From the NCBI GenBank assembly GCA_038087875.1, contig JAXLNO010000406.1, positions 186,001 through 250,000 on the forward strand: DNA of 64,000 bases, given 5' to 3'. The notes under the pieces were generated by a model that was not told the DNA's origin, did not search any database, and worked only from the letters and a program-made list of their open reading frames with translations. Position 1 is the first letter of the stretch, and every line of letters starts with the position of its first letter. This document shows positions 11,997-24,773 of the stretch, piece by piece. Source of the stretch: Malacoraja senta (Eukaryota). Both the position numbers and the translations under genes were made by a program.

Positions 11997-13150
11997 TGTG
12001 TAAGAACGAACTGCAGATGCTCGTAAAATCGAAAGTAGACACAAAATGCTTGTATAACTCATTGGGTGAGGCAGAATCTATGGAACGAAGGAAAGGGCGA
12101 CGTTTCTGGCCGAGACCCTTCTTCAGACTAATGTCAGGGCAGGGGGCGGGACAAAGATAGCATGTAGGCAGAGACAGTAAGACTAATGGGAGAACTGGGA
12201 AAGGGAAGAGGATGGAGAGAGAAAGCAAGGACTATCTGAAGTTGGAGAAGTCAATGTTCATACCACAGCAGTATGAACAGCCCAAGCGAAATATGTGGTG
12301 CTAATCCTCCAATTTGAGCTGGCCCTCACTCTGACAATGGAGGAGGCCCAGGACAGAAAGGTGAGATTGGGAATGGGAGGGGGAGTTGAAGGGCTGGGCC
12401 ACTGGGAGATCAGGTAGGTTACGACGGACTGAGCGGAGGTGTACAGCATAACGATCGCCGAGCCTGCACTTGGTCTCGCCGATGTAGAGAAGTTGACACC
12501 TGGAACAGCGTATACAGTAGATGAGGTTGGAGGAGGTGGAAGTGAACCTCTGCCTCACCTGGAATTACTGTTTTGGTCCTTGGATGGAGTCGAGGAGGGA
12601 AGTAAAGGGACAGGTGTTGCATCTCCTGCGGTTGCAGGGGAAAGTACCCGGGGAAGAGGTGGTTTGGTTTGGAAGGGACGAGTTGACCAGGGAGTTACGG
12701 AGGGAACGGTCTCTGCGGAAAGCAGAAAAGGGTGGATATGGGAAGATGTGGCCAGTAGTGGGATCCCGTTGGAGGTGGTGAAAATGTTTGGATTGTATGC
12801 CGTATACTCCCCTGCAGCCACAGGAGATGCAACACCTGTCCCTTTACCTCCCCCTCGACTCCATCCAAGAACCTAATCAGACTTTCCAGGTGAGGCTGAG
12901 GTACACTTGCACATCCTCCAACCTCATCTACTGTATCCGCTGTTCCAGGTGTCAATTTCTGTACATCGGTGAGACCAAGCGTAGGCTCGGCAATCGTTTC
13001 GCTGAACACCTCCGCTCAGTCCGTCTTAACCTATCTAATATCCCAGTGACCCAGCACTTCACCTCCCCCTCCCATACCCAATCTGACCCTTCTGTCCTGG
13101 GCCTCCTCCATTTCCAGGGTGGGGCCCAGCGCAAATTGGAGGATCAACGA
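11997..13150. mobile_element. Penelope-like element: two GIY-YIG endonuclease fragments in inverted arrangement
   Basis: TSSNLIYCIRCSRCQLLYIGETKCRLGDR on - (12301..12558) and CTSSNLIYCIRCSRCQFLYIGETKRRLGNRFAEH on + (12788..13186). The inversion junction is near 12800. Another fragment lies at ~26660-26790(-). Confidence 0.85.
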
Positions 13151-13640
13151 TATGTATCAATTTCGTTGAACCTTGGTGTTAAATGACAATAAATGGCATT
13201 CTAAATTCTAAATTTGTCGATATGGTCATTTGCAAAATCCAATTCCGATTCTTCTGGTCCTTTTAAATCTTTTCACCTATTCTTCAGATAGAATATTGGG
13301 CGAAGGGCAGATAAGGATGGAACCATAATGCTGGAAAGTGAGGGCGGAGTAGCAGCGACTGTGAAAGATAAAATCTGAGCCTCGATCGGAGTCCACAGAG
13401 GAAGCAGGATTAGTAAGATTAAACGAGAACTTACCTAAGTTTGAAGTTTGATCTTTATTTTATGAGGAGTTACGTAGGTGATTACGTGAAGAACCCCGCC
13501 AGTGCGCCTGCGCGTCAACCTTCAAAGCAGCGGTGTGAAATCACAAAAAACAACAACCGAAGTAATATAGTCTCATAATAAAACGAGTAATACAAGAACT
13601 TCCATCTGACCTTTATGATAGAGGGTAGGGTTGTGGTGGG

Positions 13641-13750
13641 CACGTAATCACCTACGTAACTCCTCATAAAATAAAGATCAAACTTCAAACTTAGGTAAGT
13701 TCTCGTTTAATCTTACTATTTTACTTCGGAGTCACGTGAGTGACTACGTG
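13641..13750. other. DIRS internal complementary region (ICR)
   Basis: 13641-13718 is an exact 78-nt reverse complement of 13411-13488. The adjacent 13719-13750 (ttttacttcggagtcacgtgagtga..) is the reverse complement of the other terminus ending at 18167. Confidence 0.92.
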
Positions 13751-13939
13751 ACGATTTTAAAGCTTTGTGATTTCATGCCGTAGATCAATCCCGGCTTCTC
13801 ACTGCATTGATTGACTCGGAACGAGAATAATCAATCATGCATTCATAATAACATTTGTACCACAAATGCAGTAATTCATTTCATTAATGAAATTAATCAG
13901 ATCCCCTTTAAACCAGAGGAATTTACACAGAACTTAAAA

Positions 13940-14850
13940 TAGTTTCTGCAAACAATCCCGCATTAACAATAGGCCGATGGTAAAAATGTTGAAACATCAA
14001 CTCATTGGACCACCCGGCGGCTGCGAGGATATGGTCAACGGGGACGTCTTTTGCCCGGCCGCCGACGTTTCTGCTGCCCTAGACGAGTGAGATGTAAAAC
14101 ATCAGTGTTAATACCAGCAGCTGTTAAGACTTCTTTTATCCATCTGAAAATAGTGTGTACTGAAACTCTCTTGTGTGGTTTCTTGTGCGTGATCAACAAC
14201 CCAGTTTCAGTATTTCTCAAATTCTTTGTGACCTCAATGTATTGTAACAAATATGTCTTAACACAGAGACAAGAATCCTTTGGATATGCTGCTAGCATAA
14301 TTTTATATCCTGTCACACCTGGCCTACTTTGCTTTAGTAGGTCATGGATATAGAATGTAACCTTGTCTTCAGTTACTTCCATCCTGTCTATTTGTAATTT
14401 TCCAAGTGTTTGCACTAGTTGTGCTGTCACTAATGCCATAAGCATAACTACTTTTATACTGAGCTTGGCCAAAGGTAAAGACACACTTGGTGACTATTCA
14501 CGAAGTAGTTTCAGTACCACACTTACATCCCAGATTGTCATGTACCTAGGTTTCGGTGGTTTGGAATTAAAGATTCCTTTCATTAGTCTGGAAACAATTG
14601 GGTGTGACCCAATTTGGTTTCTTTCTGAATACAGAACCAAATATGAGGACAATGCAATTCTGGCTGAATTAATTGCACTACAACTCAGACCTTCATCATA
14701 ATAAAGTTTTGACAGAAATTCTAAACATTTGAAATATCTGCAGTACTATATTGCACATTCTTTTGTACACAGAACTCTTCCCATTTCTTAATATAAGAAA
14801 GGTACTGTTTTTGAGTGCTCTTCCTCCAGGCTGCCGTAAGCATGCCCACA
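13940..14850 (-). pseudogene. DIRS tyrosine recombinase (frameshifted)
   Basis: MLMALVTAQLVQTL has Leu where the catalytic Arg is expected. After a frameshift come FTSHSSRAA (HxxR) and ILAAAGWSNELMFQHFYHRPI (catalytic Tyr region). Confidence 0.85.
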
Positions 14851-14963
14851 GTACGCTCAAACAGTCCTCGCCCCAGAAAAGGCATTCTTAAAACCTGCAA
14901 ATCAACAAATCCAAACGATCATATAATGGATGTTGTTCCCCTGTTACAGGGTGCAGCAATAAA

Positions 14964-16640
14964 TTACTCCTTTTTGGGACTTTTGGGACTTTCTAATATC
15001 AACGGATACCATGGCTGTGTAGGCCAATCTGGTACTACCAATACCCTTGAAGCAGCATCTTGCCTGATTTTAAGCAAACATTGGCTTATGAGGCAGAAAG
15101 GTGGAAATATATATGAAAACATACCACCCCAATGTAGCGAGAAAGCATCAATCGCCACTGCTCCTGGATCTGGTTTCCATGAGACATATCTCGATAGCTG
15201 ATGATTCAAGTCGATGTCGGGCATTACAAATCTGATTACTGTATCACTGAATACCTCTTGATTCAACATCCATTCTTTATTATCATGGAACTTTCGTGAC
15301 CTGGTGTCTGCTATCGTGTTCATTCTACCTGGTAGATAGACAGCTGAAATCCAAATGTTCTTTTCAATACACCAAGACCAAAGTTGATTTAACCATTTTG
15401 TCACACGACACCGACTTAATTCCACCCATATCATTAATATAGGCAACTGCTGTTGTGTTTATTAATTTGAACTTGAACCTTCCTTTTAGTTGTGTTTAGA
15501 ACAATAAGCTTGGAGTCCATAGAAACCTCCTAAAAGCTCCAAATAGGTAATTCCCCATGTCTGCAGTAACAATGACTCTTCCTGATTCCATCTGCCTCCG
15601 CAGCTAAATGTTAAGTCAGTTGCACCCCATCCTAGTGTACTGGCATCAGTTTGTAATATCATGGAAGGTTGTTCAATCAACACTTTGCCGGAACTGCTTG
15701 AGACATGTAGAATCCACCACTGCAGATTAAAAACAGCATTTGTTGTTAGTTGCATGGTTCTATCAAAATGACCAGCATTTACTCTCAGTGTCTGTTCTTT
15801 GACTCTCAGCAGCTGTTGATAATGTAGTGGTCCATACTGGACTGCTGGGAATCTACTAATTTTCCCAGTACTCGAGCCACCTGTCTGATTAAGGGTTTTT
15901 GCTCGTTTAACAGATTACTGCAATCTTTAATCAACTCCACCCTTTTTTCACTGGGCAAAGTAATTTTCATTTGGGCTGAATCAATTGTGAACCCCAAATA
16001 ATCAATCGAGGTACATGTTGTTAACCTTGATTTCTTTGGATGAATTTAGAAACCCCAAACTTTCAAAAGTTGATTTCATAACTGCAACATATGCTTCTGT
16101 CGACTGTTTTGTCCTTCCTATAATCAGGACATCATCCAGGTATGCCATTAGTACATGCCCCTGGATTCTCAGCAACCCCAGAATTGATTTTTAACAATGT
16201 TGTGAATATTCTGGGAGCGGACGTTAACCCATTAGGCAGAGCTTTGAATTGCCCTAACTGGTTCATCCATGTAAATTTAAGATACTTCATAGCTTCCAAG
16301 TGAACAGACACTGAACAAAAGGATTTAGACTTGTCAAGTCTATAATAATCCTACATCCTCCATCCTTTTTTGAACGAGCGACTATATTTGACCCAAATTG
16401 GTGAATTTGGTAGACTGATTCTTCAATAACACCTTTTATATATAGGGTTTTGAAGCGCAGCTTGAACCTCCATTACTTTGCAAAGTGGAGAGTTCTGCTA
16501 GGAACATGCTGGACAGGCAAATCATAATTTGGATTGAATTGAATTCGAAATCCTTGTATATTATTCAGAATTACCACATCTCAAGTAATCTTCTTCCAAT
16601 TGTTATAGAAGAGACGTAATCTGCCTCCAACTTTTGGACT
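14964..16640 (-). pseudogene. DIRS pol: reverse transcriptase, RNase H, methyltransferase-like domain (fragmented)
   Basis: ORF pieces 15806..15997, 15486..15755 and 14964..15446, plus the YLDD motif near 16130-16143 and VGGRLRLFYNNWKKIT at the pol start. Confidence 0.88.
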
Positions 16641-17957
16641 TAATCCAGTTAGTATGTTCCCATGAGAACCAGGTCCATCTACCTCTTGAGTCATTTGAGT
16701 ACTCTGACATCCCTGGATTCTCCCGGAAGCACCACCACTGGTTCTTACTCCCGCTGCAGGCCGCCAGCTACGTCCCTGCGTTGATGAGCAACTTGGTCCT
16801 GGTCCAGGATCCGTATGACGTCTGAAAGGATACTTCCTCTTTACAGACTTTACAACCATTGATGTTTTCATCAATCCTGTTTTCGCTTCATCTTCCAACT
16901 CTTTAATACGTCTCCCGAGATCCTCTCCAAAGAGTAAGTTGGGTAATTGTATAATATTTGGTTTGCAGAGTGCTGCGAATTTCGGATTCATAGTAGGCCG
17001 TATAGCACCTTCCTCAGACAATTGATCTCGAAGTGGGTGCTGCATAGCAACCCCAGTGCTTCCTGATGCAACTTCGTCATCTCTTGGCTGTTATCTGCTA
17101 TTCTGGTAAAAGCAGTTATTCCAGAACCCAGCAGCTTTAATATTTTCTGCAACTGATTCCAGATAATTTGGTTCACTGCTGGTGCTTTCAGCAAACCACA
17201 GTTACTTGGGGTCTCCTGCTTTCTTGCAGTCTCATCCATCTCCTGCTGTTCCAGCTGATGGGAAACCAAGTAATTTATTAAGGATGCCAGTTCTTCTCCT
17301 AATGGCTCTCCTGACCCTGACGGGGCAGCGAATCCTACTGCTAGGGGTGGAACATCTGGCAGCTGCCGTTCATCGCCTTGTACAGCCTCACCGTCAGAGT
17401 CGGGGTCTGAAATCTCATGACCCGTAGCATGCTCCTCATCCCTGAGAGTGCATTCCATCAGCCCTGTACCAGGAGCTGTTGAGCTGCTTCCAGCAGCTTG
17501 GATTTCAGTACACTCCTCCCTGAGTGAACTTTGCTCCAACAGCCTATGTAAAAGGCTTTCTATTTGGGCAATACGCTCAAAAGCAGTATCTAGCCCTGTA
17601 CCAGGAGCTGTTGAGCTGCTTCCAGCAGCTTGGATTTCAGTACACTCCTCCCTGAGTGAACCTTGCTCCAACAGCCTATGTAAAAGGCTTTCCATTTGGG
17701 CAATACACTCAAAAGCAGTATCTAGCCCTGGAGCTACTTCCATTGCCTGGGACTCCCTCCGTGGGCCGTTGGGATTTAAATTTCGTCTTTTGCCCGACAG
17801 GCGCTGACTGTGTTTTCACCAGCCCCAGGTCCACAGTCGCTATGCTCACCGCTGGCGACTGTACCGGGGTTTTAGAGGCGGTCGGTCGCTAACCGCAGAC
17901 TCCCGACTTTCTGTCGGCTGAGTCGCTCGCCTCTTTTCCCTGTCCGTTTTTTCCCAT
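16581..17957 (-). pseudogene. DIRS gag-like ORF1 (fragmented), with an internal 132-bp tandem duplication
   Basis: gccATGG at 17957. ORF pieces 16988..17743 and 16581..17045 (LLFGEDLGRRIKEL). A 44-aa unit GLDTAFE..APGT occurs twice (~17460-17730). Confidence 0.75.
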
Positions 17958-20900
17958 GGCGTCTGTGGAAAAAATCCCCACAGACCCACAGTAAACGGAC
18001 CTGGAAAACATGAAAAAAGTTTTTACTTACCTTGTAGTTGAAAAACTACAAACCACTGGAGGAGCTCTGCTCCTCACGTCCGTTTGCGTCAAGGCGTCTG
18101 ACGTAATGACGAGCAGGCGCACTGGCGGGGTTCTTTACGTAATCACTCACGTGACTCCGAAGTAAAATCCAGGTCCTTTGCGATAATCGAATGACCTATT
18201 ATGAGAATTAAGGTCAATACAGCAGGCCTTCTGTTTCTGGAATAAAAATGAGTTTGGCTCGTGGCTCAAGGAGTTCATTGGGATTCTATGTGTTAGTGGT
18301 TGTGAGCAGAAGAGAAAGTACTCTATGTTCTTAACTGGACTCTCGATCGCCACTGAGTATACTTGTCTCAACAAGGACAATAATAGGGGCCTAACATCCA
18401 TCTTATCATGCAGGCTTAGAGAGGACAACCACAAGCAAGTGGTCCTGGTCCAATTACTCTCTTGCATAAATGTTGTTCTTGTATATGTAGGTATAACAGT
18501 GAGGACGAGAGTGAGATTGGCTTGGCTACAATGTCCCAATGGTCAAATAGGCTATCTGAAAAATTAGGAAAGACCATTTGGAGCAGATATTGAAAGGGGC
18601 CTGGTGCCCACAAGAGAGTGTCTTAACAAAACAATCACTATCTTTGTGACAGGAGGGGGGAAATTTACTGAGAGGTTTCTAGTGATATTACCAAATAGCT
18701 CATGTGTTTTTTTTGTAAGTCACAATGGTATTGAAACGATACCCAGTTATGGGATCCCAATGCCTACGATTAGCAAATTGGTTTCAACATCATCAAATAT
18801 GGGTTTAAAATGAACTGAAAATGCTAGAAACACTCAGCTGGTCAGACAGCATTTGTGGCAAGGGAAACAGAGCTAATGTTTCAGGTTGAAGACCCGTTGC
18901 AAACATCTCAGATGTGAAACCCGCGAGTACTAATTCATTTTACAAGGATCTACTACATGCACTGATTGTTCCCAGCGGTTTTCTCTTTTTAGTTCAGATT
19001 TTCAGCATCTGAAGCCCTGTTATTTTCATTTACAAGAAATCAAAACACTCAGTAACTCAGGAAGCATCTGTGGAGAGTTCGCCTTACAGGTTGAACGCCT
19101 CTCATCAAAACTGATCTGCTGCCTGACCTGCTCTCTCTTTCAGCATCTCTCTTTCTTTCAGGTTTAGAAGATCAGCAGTTTTTTTTTGATTTCCTAAAAT
19201 GAACAAATTGGACGCTTTTAAATAGTGCAAAAATATAATTGTGTGTGAAAAATTTGTAGGTTAATATCCAATTATTTTATTTCAGCTATAAAATAGCACG
19301 TGAGATGGGAAAATTCACAAATCAGAAACAAATTTTAATTTCCAAGATCTCAAACATTAGTCTTTGTATGCTATTAAATTAGAGACATCCACAGAAACTT
19401 ATTCATTTAACTACTTTAAGTGCACTGGAGGCAAGCAATATTCATACAAAATATTTTGCTCAGTGATGTTACATTTTTGTCACCAGGCTTTGCTCCACTG
19501 CTTTGTACATAGTTCACACCAATGAAGTTAATGTGATAGATGTGGTTGTTAGATGTTAGCCAAAGCTATATTCCAGATACAGGGTGAATACAGAGAATGA
19601 AACATTTATAATCCAACTATATGCACAGATTTTAGTTTTTCGCAATAGGTTAGGGGATCTTCAGACATTGAATGGTATAGAATTAATTCACTAACGACTA
19701 GGTGGCTGCACAGTGGCGATGCGGTAGAGTTGCTGCATCACAGCGCCAGAGACTCTCGTTCGATCCTGACGACGGATGCTGTCTGTACGGAGTTTGTGCG
19801 CTCTCCCTGTGACCGCGTGGGTTTCCACTGGGTTCTCCAGTTTCCTTCCACACTCCAAAAGACGTACAGATTTGAGGGTTAATTTGGTTTTGGTAAAATT
19901 ATAAATTGTCCCTAGTATGTAGGATAGTGCGAGTGTAGGGGGTTGCTGGTCGGCAAGGACTCAGTGGGCCAAAGGGCCTGTTTCCGCGCTGTATCTCTAA
20001 AGTCTAAAGACTAAGTCTGTGAGAGGTGGAACCACCTCCTTAGGTTTTTATACGAAAAAAAGATGAATGCCGTGATTGAGAGCAATGTGGAAATCCATTT
20101 ATGGATTCATATTCTGATGAAAGGATGATGAGGTCTTTCTAATTTGTACATGAGTCAAGAGTTTTTGCACAGGGCTGTGCTGGTTTGAAAACACCGTTCT
20201 CAGTATAATAACTTTTTAAATTAAAATGTGGACATAGCTATTACTATAAGACAACTTGGTATATAAATTGCATATGCTAAATGTTTTCGATATCTAAGTA
20301 CAAATGTCAAAAGTGTGATTAGAAACAATATAAAATTGAATTGTATGTGTTTTGAATCTAGGCGGGCCTAGATGGCTTTTTAATTTGTTCTCCTTTTCCT
20401 GAGTTACTGAGTACATGGATCCTTTAAGTTAGCTAAAAATGACTGTAACATTGCAGGCCACAGCAAGGCAAACAATAAATATGTATTGCTCAGATGCTTT
20501 CAACAGCATTCCTCTTACTTCTGGAACATTACAATAAAAAAACAATTCAAAATATCAAGTGGTAATATGAATTGTGTAAGAGGGGGAAGAAGGTTATAGT
20601 TTGATGTAAAAATAACATGTTTATAATATCTCTTGACATTATATGTGCTTCTTCAAAGCATATCAGGATGTTTGTTGTTGCATTATGCCCAGCGTGAAAT
20701 GAATGTTATCCCTCCTCTTCCTACCCTCTCCCCTAAGAAAAGAAATACCAGAAGACCATTGAAACTGTTTATCCATGGTTGGCATTTTTTAACCATGACA
20801 TTTAATAATGTCTACAGACATAACATGCTTCCAGTTCTTCGAGTGATACCAATGATCTATTAAAAATAGTTTTCAAAGCAAATGTTATTTCACGCAACTG

Positions 20901-22860
20901 TATCTCATGATGTCTCACATCGAAAGCCTGTGCTTTGTACCCAATTTTTCTTAAAGATTTCTCACACTTCAGAATTAAACTAAAAGTCAAAGAATGGCCA
21001 TATGGTTTAATGAGGAAGTTTGCAGATTATCACCAGCCCTCAGGAGGGGGTGTGGATGTTGTAGGGTTTAGAATATTGTATGTTTCAGTTAATAAATTGA
21101 AGAAAATCAGCACTCGTTTTATTCAGCAAAATATGAATGGATGTTACTCTTTTTTAGGAATACAATGCTGTGCTTTTATAGGGAAACCATTTGGGAAGGC
21201 AGCACAAAAGTGTTAAATGCCAGAGCTGGGTGAAGTACCTGGTAAATTTGATTACATTAAGTGGTCACTTCAAATAGATTTCCTGCAAATAATCTGCCAA
21301 AACTAAAATTATTATTGCCATGTTCACGTGATTTAAACATTATTTCTAAAGAATAACTTTTTCTGCATTCCGTATGTGAACATTTCCGACTTCTGAAACT
21401 GACAACCTTCTTAACGTAAACTAAAGCAAACCCCAGATTGGCTCGTTGCAGTCATCTGGAATGAAGACTTTGAGAAAGTGAACATTATAATTAATTGGAT
21501 TAGAGCCATATTTCTGCTTGTTGTGCTGTGCTGATTTGCATGAAACTGGAGTTTGTTTGGAACACTAGTTGCTCTGAGCTGTACTAAAACTTCTCTTTGA
21601 TATAAACCCAACTGGAAATTTTGTAAAGAAACAGCTTTTACACTGAATCTCCTTTCATGCACATCTAAGGTGAACTGGCTTCTTTAGTTTATGATATGAA
21701 ATCCAGTTTATGTGTTCTACAGAATCTTGATTCTTTGAAAGAGTGGGTCCAGAACACAAGTACTGTCGTACATGACTTCATTTAGTAATGAAAATCTTGG
21801 TGTTGGCTCAAAAATTAATACCATAATTTTTTTTTAAATTTCCACTAATTTATAGAGAAAAAACATAAAACATATGCCGCAGGACATGCTGCATTTGTGA
21901 AGGGAAAAATAAGCTTTCTGATGAAAGGTCATCAACTTGCAAAATTTATTGTAAAATTTAGACGCAAGCATCTAGAAGGATCCAGATCCTAAATGTTGCC
22001 TGTACATGTTCTCCAGAGATGCTGCCTGACCAGCAGAAATATTAGAGCACTTTGTCTCTTAACTTGTAAAATGTATTTTGTTTCTATCTCCACAGATATT
22101 ACCTGCGTTGCCGACCATTTTTTCTTTAAAAGTATATGTTTCAGTTTCTCTCAGAAATAATTTGATGAAGAGATTCATTTCTGTACCAGCATACCCCTTG
22201 GTTATCTGAAGAAAGGGGCATTTGAAGATCACGACCACAAACCAGACCCAAAGCTTATGGCAGCCAGCAGCAATTATCCTAACCTTCTGTATCTGCTTGA
22301 AATATGTGGACAGCCTACAGCAGATACTTTAAAGCCCCAGAGAGTGAGTGTTCTCCCCACAAGATCCTCCAAAATCTTTTACAAGATCAGGAAACCAATA
22401 TTATCATTCCCTCGCTATGCCTTTCTATGTCTTGCTTACTAAGTATATGTGTAAATACAGATTTGTCTTGAGCATGGTAATTGTATCAGACTCCACCCCA
22501 TTCTCTTCAGCATTTTCCAAACATCAAATAGTCACTGTGTGAAAAACCAACACCTCTAATCTAATTTAAAGCTCCTACCTCTCACTTTAAAACTGTGCCC
22601 TATTGCTTTTATACCATACAAAGGGAATATCTTTGGACTATCTACCCTATCTGTATCTTTCATTATCTTATATACCTTTCTGAGATCATCCCTCAAGCCC
22701 CTTTGGTCCAAGGGAAACAAGCCCATTCTACGTAGCTATCCCATGACCAAATTATTCCAATCCAGCAAGATTCTGACGAATCACCTCCGCATACTCTCTT
22801 ATTTCCTCCCTACAGCTTGGCGACTGGAACTGCACACAATATTTCTTGTACTGTCTAAAG

Positions 22861-23058
22861 GAGGGAATTTTGTGCTATTTCCTTACCCTGTATCAGGCTT
22901 TACTCAGATAGGCACAGACACAAAATTAAACAACTTGTAGATCAATGGTGAGGCTATAGAACAGGTCGGTTTATTGAAGGTCTTAACGGTGTGCACAGTT
23001 AACACTCCTATCTGAGTAAAGCCAGATACAGGTTATGGGTTTAGCACAAGATTCCCTC
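22861..23058. mobile_element. MITE-like element with ~52-bp imperfect terminal inverted repeats
   Basis: 22861-22912 gagggaattttgtgcta...ctgtatcaggctttactcagatagg pairs with 23007-23058 cctatctgagtaaagccagatacagg...tagcacaagattccctc. It sits within an old CR1 remnant. Confidence 0.75.
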
Positions 23059-23292
23059 GTAAGCTGTATAACCGGTGTTTTATAAAGTTGCAATCTAATG
23101 TGCAACTCTTTAATTCTATGCTACAGCCTATGAAGGGAAACATGCCATATGCCTCCTTCACCTCCTTATCCACCTGTACCCCCGTTGTAAAGGATCAATG
23201 GACTTGGATCCCTGGAGCTCTCCGTTTATCTACATTCCTTGGTGCTCTACCATATACTGTGTATGTCCTATGATAGAGTCATAGAGTGATAC

Positions 23293-24761
23293 TGGATTGT
23301 AATGGAGAGAGAGGACTGCTCCTCTGGAAACATTGGAGCGATCCTCCTCTCACCAATGAAACTGAATAACATAAATTATAACAAAAACCCAATTATACAT
23401 AGTACAATCAGAACTTGGAAACAAATAAAACAAAATTTTTAATTAATATATTTATCGCTTTTATCTCCCATAGTTAATAACCCTTTGTTTAATCCCTCTA
23501 TTACAGACAAATCTTTCACACAATGGGATAGACTAGGAATGAAAAAGTTCGGTGACTTGTATGAAACTGGAAAATTACTATCATTCCAACAATTACAAAT
23601 CAAATATAAACTCGGAAATAATCAATATTTTAAATATTTTCATATATGTGACTATTTGAAAATATATACAAAAGATCATTATAATAGCCCAGCAGATGTA
23701 TTGGATGAAGCAATGCAGATAAAAGCTGAATCAGCAAACTTAATATCATATTTGTATAATATTATCTTAAATGTAGAAATACCATCTACGGAAGGTATTA
23801 GAAGAGACTGGGAACAAGAATTAGCTATTAAAATCTCAAAAGAAAGGTGGAATGAACATTTATTAAACGTGCATAAATGTTCGATTAATGTAAGACACAC
23901 TTTAATACAATTTAAAATTTTACATAGATTATATTATTCCAAAACTAAAATCAATAACATTTTCCCAAATGTATCATCCATTTGTGATAAATGTCAATCT
24001 CAAGAAGCTACTATAGCGCACTCATTTGTTTTCAGTACAAAAATTCAAAAATTGTGGATTGAAATTTTTGAAATCTTTACAAAATTATTTAAAATAAAAC
24101 TGATACCCAAAGCAGAATGGATTATCTTCGGAACAACGGAAGATAGTCCAGAATTAAATGTGTTCCAAAAGAAATTAATAGACTATGGGTTAATAACTGG
24201 AAAAATTCCTAAAATTCTGGAAAAACACTCCAATACCAACTATAAACATGTGGATTTCAAATATGTTCGAAACATTACACCTAGAAGAGATAAGACTCCT
24301 CCTGGCAGGTAAACCAGATCACTTCCACCTGACGTGGTCTGCATTTATAGAATTATTACAAGTATAGGGTGCAAAAGTACTTTAAAAAAACCCTGAGGTC
24401 AGGTAAGGGGGGATGAAAGCTGGAGAGTTGGTATATCCCATTTGCTTGATGATTACAAAAAAGTACTTGTTTTTTCTCTTTTCCCTCTTTCTCTTTTTTC
24501 TACTTTTTTAGGGTCTATTTCTTAACTATTTTTTTTAATTTCTTTCTTATAGGGTCTTTGTTCTTTTCTGTTGTCACGATTTTTACACTTTCACTTTTTT
24601 CCTTCACTTTCTTCTTTCTCTCAATCTCATCCTTTCCCTTTATTAGTGTAAATAATAAATGGAGTACATTAATTGTAATAAGATATATGCGACGAGTACT
24701 AATGTAATTGGTTGTAATGTAATGTACTTCTAATAAATAAATAAATAAAAAAAATAAAAAA
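23293..24761 (+). mobile_element. 5'-truncated L1 LINE with a 12-bp target-site duplication
   Basis: ORF2 C-terminus (QFKILHRLYY; CDKC..ATIAH zinc-knuckle region), an A-rich tail, and TSD atagagtgatac at 23281-23292 and 24762-24773. Confidence 0.9.
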
Positions 24762-24773
24762 ATAGAGTGATAC

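Larger units (their letters stand above)
13411..18167 (-). mobile_element. DIRS1-type tyrosine-recombinase retrotransposon, full-length structure, ORFs decayed
   Basis: Domain order on - is gag-like ORF, RT (GLTSAPRIFT, MAYLDDVLII at ~16120-16230), RNase H (LQTDASTLGWGA, ITYLELLG), methyltransferase-like (DAFSLHW..YIFPPFCLI), then tyrosine recombinase. Short inverted terminal repeats (~13478-13517 vs ~18107-18146) and an internal complementary region are present. No target-site duplication is visible. Confidence 0.93.

Noticed and set aside
18147..18813. Several 65-130-aa ORFs flanking the DIRS element
   Set aside because: No recognisable domain or convincing splice structure, even after removing the DIRS insertion by eye.
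21430..21610. CCAAT-like, octamer (ATTTGCAT) and TATAAA motifs in a repeat-poor AT-rich stretch
   Set aside because: Short motifs expected by chance in AT-rich DNA, with no associated exon found.
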